Positions 56,057-64,000 of a stretch of 64,000 nucleotides of DNA are shown here, piece by piece. Positions within the stretch are counted from its first letter, which is position 1. Every line of letters starts with the position of its first letter. A program made the position numbers and the translations under genes. A model generated the notes under the pieces. It saw only the letters and a list, made by a program, of their open reading frames with translations. It searched no databases and had not been told where the DNA came from. The stretch is from Limnochordia bacterium (GTDB lineage Bacteria > Bacillota > Limnochordia > DTU087 > JAAYGB01): NCBI GenBank assembly GCA_041687495.1, contig JAWLBR010000003.1, positions 5,173 to 69,172 of the forward strand, read 5' to 3'.

Positions 56057-57415
56057 ATGCAAGGGAGATGGGCGTTTGATGAAGGAGTCGCGTTGTGGAG
56101 GGACTTCTGTCTAAGCTCAGCCGAGATCAGCCAGCGGGAACTGCAAGGCCTCGAGGGCTACCTGAGACAGCAAGTCCAGGAAATTGCCGCGTTGGGCCTT
56201 TCGGAGGAGGAGGCATTCCTGATCGGCGTTAAGCGCCTGGAGGACCGGCCGTCAGTTTCCGAGGACTATCGGAAGATCGATAAACGCAACCTCTGGACGA
56301 CTCTCCTTTCAGAACCTGTGCAGACGAAAGAACGTCGAGCCCGACTGCGAGACTTGCTCTTTGCGATTGTCTTGGCAATTTCGGCTGGGCTTTCGACAGA
56401 AATACCTAAGCTCTTTGGCATCGGCTTCGCGGAAGATCCAGCTTTCTACCTGAAGAATCTGAGCTTTTTTGTCCTGCCCTTTGTAACCATCTTCTTTGTT
56501 TTGCAAAGGCGGATCTCCCGCCTGGCTCTCGTATCCATCGCCTTGACTTTTTTCTTGTCCATGCTGCTGGTTAATCTCTATTCGATTTCGGAAGAAAGCC
56601 AGACACTGCTTCTCAGTGCAATACATCTCCCGCTTTTTCTCTGGTTTATCACCGGGAGCGCCTATGCAGGCAATGGATGGAGAGATGTCTCTAGAAGAAT
56701 GGACTTTCTTCGCTTTACCGGAGAGGTCTTCGTCTACACAACGCTTCTGTTCTGCGGTATTGTCGTCGTAACCGGGTTGACCAACCTTCTGTTTGCGGCC
56801 ATCGGAATCGGCGCAGAGAGAAATATTCTTGAGCATTTCGCAGTTCCTGCAGGCGTCGGTTCACCTGTCATCGCTGCGTATCTCGTTGAGCAAAAAAGAA
56901 GCGTTGTGGAGAACTTGGCTCCTGTTCTAGCCAGGATTTTCGCCCCGTTGCTGCTCTGTATGATGCTGGTTTTCTTGGGGGTCATGTTACTTACTCAGAA
57001 AAGTCCCTTCTTGGAACGGAACTTTCTCATCGGATTTGATCTTATGCTTATCTTGGTCCTGGGGATAGTGTTCTACATCATATCAACACGGAAAGGCACA
57101 GTGCATCCACAGATGTACGATTGGATCAGCCTCTTCCTAATTGTGACCGCCCTCATTATCGATGTATTGGCACTTTCCGCTATCGTCTTTAGGCTCAGCT
57201 CCTACGGTGTCACTCCGAACAAGTTGGCTGCCTTGGGCGAGAACGTGCTTGTGTTTGTGAACCTTGCCGGGATGGCGCTGCTTTATGTGAGGTTCTTCAG
57301 AGCCAAGATCTCCTTTTGTCTATTAGATAAATGGCAGACAAGGCTTCTTCCCGTCTATGCCCTCTGGTTGGGGTTTGTGGCCCTGGGCTTCCCCCTGATC
57401 TTCTCTAGCCAGTAA
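56057..57415 (+). CDS. Polytopic membrane protein of unknown function with a ~90-aa soluble N-terminal domain
   Basis: SD GGAGGAGGG 9 nt before the ATG 56057. At least 10 predicted TM helices. Terminator at 57450-57476. Confidence 0.7.
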   Translation: MQGRWAFDEGVALWRDFCLSSAEISQRELQGLEGYLRQQVQEIAALGLSEEEAFLIGVKRLEDRPSVSEDYRKIDKRNLWTTLLSEPVQTKERRARLRDLLFAIVLAISAGLSTEIPKLFGIGFAEDPAFYLKNLSFFVLPFVTIFFVLQRRISRLALVSIALTFFLSMLLVNLYSISEESQTLLLSAIHLPLFLWFITGSAYAGNGWRDVSRRMDFLRFTGEVFVYTTLLFCGIVVVTGLTNLLFAAIGIGAERNILEHFAVPAGVGSPVIAAYLVEQKRSVVENLAPVLARIFAPLLLCMMLVFLGVMLLTQKSPFLERNFLIGFDLMLILVLGIVFYIISTRKGTVHPQMYDWISLFLIVTALIIDVLALSAIVFRLSSYGVTPNKLAALGENVLVFVNLAGMALLYVRFFRAKISFCLLDKWQTRLLPVYALWLGFVALGFPLIFSSQ

Positions 57416-57449
57416 AGGAAAAGGGTAGGGCGACAATGGACATTCATGC

Positions 57450-57476
57450 GGTCCTGGAGTAATCCAGGGCCTTTTT
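57450..57476 (+). terminator. Intrinsic terminator
   Basis: ggtcctgga, loop gtaa, tccagggcc, then TTTTT. Confidence 0.55.
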
Positions 57477-57673
57477 CTTTAGTACGGTAAGAGAAAGCGG
57501 CTTTCTGACGTGGCGGGACGCAGTTGTCCGCACCGGGATCTAAGCAACCCCGGGAACGACAGCAAATACAACACGCCGGACACTGGCAAAAGAAGTGGAA
57601 ATTTTCATAGAAACGTAACAAGGGGAGAAATGTGCCGAGTTGAATCACTAGCGTGGACAAAGGAGGAGATTAG

Positions 57674-58285
57674 ATGGAAACTCTGCAAAGTCACTTCAAC
57701 CAGTGGGGAGCAGTCATATTTTTCTCGATCGTCTATGGGGTGGCGCTTCTGTTTGTGCCGTTTCGGCAGAAGATGAATCGAAAACCGGCAACGGCCTATC
57801 TGGCCTTCGTCCTGGCGTTTGCTATCGAGATGCACGGAATTCCGATGAGTATGTACTTGATATCGTGGCTCATCGGGAAGCACCTTCCGGAGGGGATTCT
57901 GTGGGGACATACGTTAATTGACCAGATTGGGTACGCGGGAATGTATGCGAATATAGTTTGCGCCATCTTGGCCTTCGGACTGATCGCAAACGGCTGGTAC
58001 AACATCTACCACAAGTACTGGTCGCAAGAAACAGGTAAAGGACAGGTGGTCACCACCGGTGTCTACAGGTACATTCGCCATCCTCAGTACACCGGATTCA
58101 TGCTCCTGACTCTGGGGATGATTTTTGAGTGGGCGACTCTACCACTGCTGCTCATGTGGCCTGTGATCATGTGGATGTACTACCGGCTGGCCAAACGAGA
58201 GGAGAGGGATATGATCGAGGAATTTGGTGATGAGTATGTCCGCTATGCTCGCCGGACCAAGATGTTTATTCCTTTTGTCATATAG
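57674..58285 (+). CDS. Membrane methyltransferase of the isoprenylcysteine carboxyl methyltransferase (ICMT)/PEMT family
   Basis: YRYIRHPQYTGFMLL ... AKREERDMIEEFGDEY. About 5 TM segments. SD AAAGGAGGAG. Confidence 0.75.
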   Translation: METLQSHFNQWGAVIFFSIVYGVALLFVPFRQKMNRKPATAYLAFVLAFAIEMHGIPMSMYLISWLIGKHLPEGILWGHTLIDQIGYAGMYANIVCAILAFGLIANGWYNIYHKYWSQETGKGQVVTTGVYRYIRHPQYTGFMLLTLGMIFEWATLPLLLMWPVIMWMYYRLAKREERDMIEEFGDEYVRYARRTKMFIPFVI

Positions 58286-58594
58286 ACTTCGCTTCAGCTC
58301 ATCCAAGACTGGGAGGCAAAGCTGGTAATGATGCAGACGCAGCATGGCTGAGCGTTTCCTACTCTCCAAAATCCCATCCATTCGCTGTTACCACAACTGC
58401 TCTGCGCAAATAACGCCAAAGCAATAAAAAAGCAGTCAATCAAAAGGAGAATGTCAACATTAAGCTAATTCCATAGATTGGAATTAAAACCCTTGTGTAG
58501 AAAATATTGGAGGTGGAAGTCAACGGGTAGGAATTGTCGTTGCAATCTCGGATTTTGGCGCATTTCTTATTTTAGCTAAGGAGGGAACTGTCTG

Positions 58595-59968
58595 ATGAAA
58601 TTGACTAGAGGCGTCGTTGTCTGGCTACTTATTGTGCTTCTTTTGGGTGTCGTGGGACCTGTATCTGCTGCTAAGAAAGTGACCTTGTCCATGTGGGGAT
58701 TCATCACTCCTCCATGGATCGAGACCTATCGGGAATTTGAGCGTCAGCATCCGAACATCAAAATTAAAGAGTCCTTGATTTCCCAGGAATGGGCGTCCAG
58801 TAGTGAAAAGTTTCTAGCGGCCATGGCCGCCGGGAATGCCCCTGATGTATCCATCCAAAACTCCCATCAGTTTACTCAATGGGCTTCACAAGGTCCATTC
58901 TTGAATATCGCCCCCTTCGCGGAGCGGGATGGGATGAGGCCCGAAGACTGGTATCCCGGTCAATGGGATGGCACTTTCTTTTCAGGTAAGCAGTATGCTT
59001 TACCTGGTATCACCGACACCCGGATGCTGTATTGGAATAAGGATCTTTTCGCTGAGGTTGGCTTGGATCCGGAAGTTCCACCGGCAACCTGGGATGACTT
59101 GGAGATTTACACTTCGAAGCTAGTGAAGAAGGATGCCAATGGGAAAATAACGCAGTATGGGTTTATCCCGTATTTTGGCAACACCTGGACATGGCTTTAT
59201 GGTTGGCTGAACGGGGCCAAGTTCCTTGACGAGACTGGTCGTACTGTCACTTGCGACTCACCGGAAGTCGAGTATGCACTACAGTGGATGGTCGATTTCT
59301 ATGACGAGTACTGTGGCGGCGCGCAAACAGCAGCCAGCTTCCTGCAAGGCTTCCAAGGGGCAGCCCAAGATCCATTTGTCAACGGGCGTTTGGCAATGGT
59401 TGGCAATGGTAACTGGATGCTGTGGAACTTCGCTACAATGCCGGATCTTAACTATGGACAAGCACCTATGCCCGTTCCAAACACCAGTACTGCCGAGCAA
59501 TCGACGTAGTCTTGCGGCAGCTTCTATGCTATCTCCGCTAATACCAAGTACCCTGAGGAAGCTTGGACCTTTATCAAGTGGTTGAGTGGACCAGAGGGTG
59601 CCAAAGCTTACGCTAAGGCAACTCTGAAGCAGCGGCAAAAAGACTGGAATCGCCAGCAGTTACCGGGAGATCCGGTTTATGTTCCGGAGCTCTTTAACAA
59701 CCGTCAGGCTATGAAGGTCTTGGAAGATGAATATCTGCCGGGCTTACCAGCTAAGGTACAGGAAGAGTACAAGACAACTATTGAGTCTCTTTCCTGGTCA
59801 CATAGTTGTACAGAGATGGGATTGGTTGGTCTGACCTATTGGAACGAGCTGCATGCAGCCACCGAGGCCGCCATGTATCACAAGATGAGCGTACAAGAAG
59901 CGTTGAAACAGGCCAAAGATAGAGTACAGCGTGCTTTGACAGAGGCCTGGTCAGCTCTGGAGAACTAG
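58595..59968 (+). pseudogene. Sugar ABC transporter substrate-binding protein (family 1) interrupted by an in-frame TAG at 59507-59509
   Basis: Lipoprotein-like signal MKLTRGVVVWLLIVLLLGVVGPVSAAKK. The upstream and downstream ORFs are in the same frame (both coordinate mod 3 = 2). Read-through gives ...PMPVPNTSTAEQST*SCGSFYAISANTKYPEEAWTFIKWLSGPEGAKAY..., a 458-codon SBP. Confidence 0.6.
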
Positions 59969-60029
59969 CTAACAAGGATGCGGAGCCCAGCCGGGCTCCG
60001 CTACTAATCGGATGGAGGTGTGTCCTCCC

Positions 60030-60914
60030 GTGAAAAGGGAATCAAGACTTGCTAAGAAGGAAGCGCTGGCCTTTTATGGATTCATCAGTCCTTGGATCCT
60101 AGGGTTCATTTTTTTCACCGGTGGCCCGGTCTTAGCTTCACTCTACTTCAGCTTAACGAACTATTCCATTTTTGGAAAAGCCAGCTTCGTCGGGCTTTCC
60201 AATTTCTCCACTTTGTTTGCTGACCCGTTGTTTAGGACCTCAATCTATAACACATTGTATTTTGCTGTGCTTTTTGTTCCGTTGTCGATCATGTTGTCCT
60301 TTGGTTTGGCACTGCTGCTTAATCAGAAGGTTAGAGGTCTGGCTATCTATCGGACCGTGTATTATCTGCCTTCAATTGTTCCAGCAGTGGCGAATTCAAT
60401 CCTGTGGCTATGGCTTCTTAATCCCCAATGGGGCTTAATTAACATCGGTCTGCAGTATATAGGAATTGATGGGCCCGGATGGCTGACTTCCGAGATTTGG
60501 TCAAAACCAGCCATCATCCTTATGAGCCTGTGGGGTGTCGGTTCAACGATCATCATCTATTTAGCTGGTCTGCAGGGAGTTCCAGAGCAGCTTTATGAAG
60601 CAGCAGAAGTAGATGGAGCAAGTAGTGTTCGCTCGTTCTTCAATATCACAGTTCCAATGATGACGCCCACGATATTTTTTACGTCTATCACGGGTATCAT
60701 CGGAGCCTTCCAGGTGTTTACCCAAGCTTATATCATGACCAATGGCGGGCCGGTGGATTCGACGCTATTCTATGCTCTTTATCTGTTCAGAAATGCGTTT
60801 AACTATCTCAAGATGGGATATGCCGCCGCAATGGCTTGGATTCTGTTCCTTATTATCTTGGTTTTGACCCTGCTCCAGTTCAAGCTGGCAAAGAGGTGGG
60901 TGTTCTATGGTTGA
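60030..60914 (+). CDS. Carbohydrate ABC transporter permease (MalF/UgpA-like)
   Basis: 6-TM protein with the EAA loop region. GTG start with SD GGAGG. Confidence 0.85.
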   Translation: MKRESRLAKKEALAFYGFISPWILGFIFFTGGPVLASLYFSLTNYSIFGKASFVGLSNFSTLFADPLFRTSIYNTLYFAVLFVPLSIMLSFGLALLLNQKVRGLAIYRTVYYLPSIVPAVANSILWLWLLNPQWGLINIGLQYIGIDGPGWLTSEIWSKPAIILMSLWGVGSTIIIYLAGLQGVPEQLYEAAEVDGASSVRSFFNITVPMMTPTIFFTSITGIIGAFQVFTQAYIMTNGGPVDSTLFYALYLFRNAFNYLKMGYAAAMAWILFLIILVLTLLQFKLAKRWVFYG

Positions 60915-61779
60915 ACAAGTAGATGCTGCGTTGTCAATGAAACGCAAGCGAAGGGTACGGAAACTGACGCAGTCTGTACTGCGACATGTTATCCTCTGTG
61001 CTGTAGGATTGCTCTTCTTGCTACCTTTGGTTTGGATGATCTCTACCTCGCTAAAGGCAAATCGTCAGATCTTTGCCTTTCCGCCTGAGTGGATCCCAAA
61101 TCCGGTAATCTGGCTTAACTACCCAGACGTTTTCGACTACGCGCCGTTCCTGCTGTATTTCCGCAATACTGTGTTTATTGTGGGGACCTGCGTGGTCGGA
61201 GTAACAATGTCCTCTTCCTTAGTGGCCTATGGGTTTGCCCGCTTAAGTGCTCCAGGGAAGAATATACTATTCATGTTAATGTTGAGTACGATGATGCTTC
61301 CTTACATGGTCTGGATGATACCACTGTATGTTTTGTTCACCAAGTTTGGATGGGTGGATACGTTCTATCCGCTTACGGTGCCAGCCTTCTTTGGAAGTCC
61401 TTTGTACATCTTCTTGCTGCGGCAGTTCTTTATGGGTATCCCCCGAGAGCTGGAAGATGCCGCAACGATGGATGGATGCGGTTACCTCAGAACTTACTGG
61501 CAGATCATGATGCCGCTAGTGAAACCTGCTTTGGCGACTGTGGCAATCTTCACTTTCATGGCTACATGGAATGACTTCTTGGGGCCCCTCTTGTATCTGC
61601 AAAGCCCTGAGTATTACACAGTTGCAGTAGGACTGCAGGTATTCCTATCAGCTCACAGCGCAGACTGGGGACTGCTGATGGCTGCCTCAACGATGGTGGT
61701 CATTCCCGTGATTATCGTCTTCTTCTTTGCACAGAAGCAGTTTATTCGGGGTATCGTCTTGAGCGGCCTGAAGATGTAG
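60907..61779 (+). CDS. Carbohydrate ABC transporter permease (MalG/UgpE-like)
   Basis: EAA motif DAATMDGCGYLRTYWQIMMPL. Overlaps the upstream permease gene by 8 nt. Confidence 0.85.
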   Translation: MVEQVDAALSMKRKRRVRKLTQSVLRHVILCAVGLLFLLPLVWMISTSLKANRQIFAFPPEWIPNPVIWLNYPDVFDYAPFLLYFRNTVFIVGTCVVGVTMSSSLVAYGFARLSAPGKNILFMLMLSTMMLPYMVWMIPLYVLFTKFGWVDTFYPLTVPAFFGSPLYIFLLRQFFMGIPRELEDAATMDGCGYLRTYWQIMMPLVKPALATVAIFTFMATWNDFLGPLLYLQSPEYYTVAVGLQVFLSAHSADWGLLMAASTMVVIPVIIVFFFAQKQFIRGIVLSGLKM

Positions 61780-61812
61780 TCAACTAATGTGGCAAAGGTG
61801 GAGATGGCAGTC

Positions 61813-63021
61813 ATGGCAAGAAACCTGGCTGGGAGATTAGCAGCGGGACTAGCAACGGCGGTTCTTGCGTTGTTGCTCAGCTCAATTGTTAGTACGGGTA
61901 TCGTTAGTGCTAAGTGCCCGGGATGTCCACCGGATGATCCTACCCGGGGTAAAGTGGTACTAACCGTATTCCACCAACCGGGAGACGCAGAGTCAGAAAG
62001 GGTCTTGCGACTGCTCAACGCAACAGCTTCTGCAGCTGGATACCTAGCTGTTGTAGCACGCGACTCGTTAAGTCCAGAATCGGAGACTGTTCGTCAGGTT
62101 CTGAATGATACCTATGGTGTGCCTGATGCCCAGAAGAGCGTGGTTCCAGCTGTGTTCACTCCGGATGAGTTCCTTCTGAATATTGAGGAAGTTCGAAGGG
62201 GTATTCAGGGTCTGGTAAGAGAGCGTGAGCGATTCGCACAAACTCCGGTAGAGAAGGTGAAGGGGAGCCTGCGTTACCTAAAGATTAGTATGATAGCCGC
62301 CGTCGATGGTGTCTTGGCCGTGGTTGTGTTGGGCGCAGGCCTAGTTGATGGGCTGAATCCCTGCGCTCTTTCCATCCTACTTTTCCTAATGGCATGCTTG
62401 TCTACTTTTGCCAATCGTAAACGCGTCGTGCTAACAATGGGAGCGAGTTTCGTCTTTGGATCATTTGTTGCTTACCTGTTGTTAGGTCTAGGATTGTATC
62501 AAATCACTAGAACTGACTTCTTCGGTCAATTGTCGGAGCAAGTCTATCTGGTACTTGGGATTCTAGCCTTGGTACTGGGATTTGTTGCACTCTTTGACGC
62601 TTGCAGGGTGAGAAGGCTTGGAAGGGTCAACGTCAGCCTGGTGAAGATACCGACAACCTGGAAGAGAAGACTGCAAGGAACGATTCGTCAGACAGTCCGT
62701 TTTCAAAGAGGAATAGTGATCAGTGGATTCGCTTTGGGCGGGCTATCATCGGTTGTTGAGTTTCCGTGTACGGGTCAAGTCTACCTTCCAACGATCGCTT
62801 TGGTCGGCAATCCGCTAGCTTCTGGCAAGCCGTTCTTCTACCTGCTTGGATACAACTTGATGTTTGTCATTCCACTAGTGGTGGTAGTAGGGTTATCTGT
62901 GTTCTTGACTTCGTCGCAAAGGATAGGCAGGGTAGTGGGCCAATACTTGGCCCCGGCTAAGTTTCTTACAGCAATTCTCCTGTTTATTGTCTCCGCCTAT
63001 ATGCTGGGTGGATTGTCGTAG
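61813..63021 (+). CDS. CcdA/DsbD-family thiol-disulfide transporter fused to an N-terminal extracytoplasmic CxxC domain
   Basis: Signal-anchor MARNLAGRLAAGLATAVLALLLSS, then CPGCPP. The TM core carries the two conserved Cys, DGLNPCALSILLF (TM1) and EFPCTGQVYLP (TM4). SD GGTGGAG 9 nt before the ATG 61813. Confidence 0.7.
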   Translation: MARNLAGRLAAGLATAVLALLLSSIVSTGIVSAKCPGCPPDDPTRGKVVLTVFHQPGDAESERVLRLLNATASAAGYLAVVARDSLSPESETVRQVLNDTYGVPDAQKSVVPAVFTPDEFLLNIEEVRRGIQGLVRERERFAQTPVEKVKGSLRYLKISMIAAVDGVLAVVVLGAGLVDGLNPCALSILLFLMACLSTFANRKRVVLTMGASFVFGSFVAYLLLGLGLYQITRTDFFGQLSEQVYLVLGILALVLGFVALFDACRVRRLGRVNVSLVKIPTTWKRRLQGTIRQTVRFQRGIVISGFALGGLSSVVEFPCTGQVYLPTIALVGNPLASGKPFFYLLGYNLMFVIPLVVVVGLSVFLTSSQRIGRVVGQYLAPAKFLTAILLFIVSAYMLGGLS

Positions 63022-63046
63022 TGGATGTTGGTCAGAGAGGAGAACC

Positions 63047-64000
63047 ATGATGACGTCTCGAGAATTAGTCAGACAGACCTTGGAGTTTGCGGGCCCGACC
63101 CGCATACCAAGGCAGTTGTGGAGTCTGCCTTGGGCGGCAGAAAACTATCCGGAGGAACTTAAGAGAATCCAAACGGATTTTCCCGCCGACATTACAGGCG
63201 CTCCTGCGTTCTTGAAAAAGAACCCGGCAACATTGGGGGACCCACATAAGCCTGGTAGATTTGTGGATGAGTGGGGTTGCGTCTTTGAGAACAAGGAAAG
63301 TGGTTACATTGGCGAAGTGAAAGAGCCAGTATTTGAGGATTGGAAAGATGCTGGGAAGCTACGGTTTCCACTAGAGCGTCTAACTGTGGATGTACCTAAG
63401 GTAAATGATTTCTGTGCCAGTACAGACCTGTTTGTTACCGGTGGCACTTGCCCTCGGCCATTTGAACGCTTGCAGTTTATTCGCAAGACTGAGAATCTGT
63501 ACATGGATTTGGTGGAGCAGCCCCCTGAGTTCTTGTCTCTGCTCAAGGAGCTCCACGAGTTCTATATGGAAGAACTGAAGATCTGGGTCAATACGGATGT
63601 AGACGCAGTTAACTTCATGGATGACTGGGGTGCACAGCGCAGCCTGCTGATCTCTCCGCAGATGTGGCGTGAGTTATTTAAGCCCTTGTACAAGGACTAT
63701 ATCGACCTTGCTCACCAACACGGTAAGTATGTGTTCATGCACTCCGACGGGTTCATTCTGGATATTATTCCCGACTTGATTGAACTCGGCCTAGATGCAC
63801 TGAACAGCCAGATCTTTTGCATGGGACTCGATAATCTGCAGCAGTTCAAGGGCCAGCTGACCTTCTGGGGGGAGATAGACCGCCAGCATCTGCTTCCCTA
63901 CGGTACAGAAACCGACATTGTTAATGCCGTGAGAAGTGCTAAGAACGCCTTGTACTCCAATGGCGGAGTCATCGCTCAGTGCGAATTTGGGCCGGGTGCC
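63047..64000 (+). CDS. URO-D-family protein, paralog 3 (3' end beyond the window)
   Basis: MMTSRELVRQTLEFAGPTRIPRQLW... with SD GAGGAG. Clear similarity to 18505-19566. No stop before the window end. Confidence 0.65.
   Translation, partial: MMTSRELVRQTLEFAGPTRIPRQLWSLPWAAENYPEELKRIQTDFPADITGAPAFLKKNPATLGDPHKPGRFVDEWGCVFENKESGYIGEVKEPVFEDWKDAGKLRFPLERLTVDVPKVNDFCASTDLFVTGGTCPRPFERLQFIRKTENLYMDLVEQPPEFLSLLKELHEFYMEELKIWVNTDVDAVNFMDDWGAQRSLLISPQMWRELFKPLYKDYIDLAHQHGKYVFMHSDGFILDIIPDLIELGLDALNSQIFCMGLDNLQQFKGQLTFWGEIDRQHLLPYGTETDIVNAVRSAKNALYSNGGVIAQCEFGPGA

Noticed and set aside
59507-59509. In-frame TAG read as pyrrolysine
   Set aside because: Pyl is confined to methylamine methyltransferases and needs pylTSBCD, none of which is visible. 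A binding protein is an implausible Pyl protein. A nonsense mutation or a sequencing error is far more likely. I kept it only as a check in the finding.
1-64000. CRISPR arrays, transposases, integrases, rRNA/tRNA genes
   Set aside because: No short direct-repeat arrays, no DDE/tyrosine-recombinase-like ORFs and no rRNA-like stretches are present. The window appears to be chromosomal backbone plus accessory genes, without an obvious mobile vehicle.

Overview
This 64-kb window is a chromosomal segment of a Gram-positive bacterium with roughly 53-55% GC. The signals are Firmicutes-like throughout: GGAGG Shine-Dalgarno sites, TTGACA/TATAAT promoters, GTG/TTG starts, and LysM and CotS/APH-like proteins. 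A Paenibacillaceae-like soil Bacillus is my guess from gene content, not something I can verify. Housekeeping genes (leuS, ftsH, ilvE, prfC, and a cysS-like gene remnant) alternate with an unusually dense accessory repertoire:

- Efflux and drug-modification genes: an APH/Mph-family kinase divergent from a short ARE-type ABC-F ATPase that carries a leader-peptide attenuator; a translationally coupled heterodimeric ABC exporter; a third ABC exporter; three MFS pumps (one frameshifted); a MATE pump; a CPT-like kinase; and two class-C beta-lactamase-like serine hydrolases.
- A candidate three-gene operon of unknown function (27641-30232): glycine-zipper membrane protein, Pol-beta nucleotidyltransferase, APH/CotS-fold kinase.
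- An arsR-arsC-thioredoxin-arsP operon with no ArsB/Acr3.
- A sugar ABC uptake operon whose binding-protein gene carries an in-frame TAG, followed by a CcdA/DsbD-like protein and a UroD-like gene.
- Three UroD-family paralogs, a cytoplasmic sulfatase and a heparinase-II/III-like protein.

I found no rRNA or tRNA genes, CRISPR arrays, transposases or integrases. All functional calls rest on motif recognition by eye; I ran no database searches.
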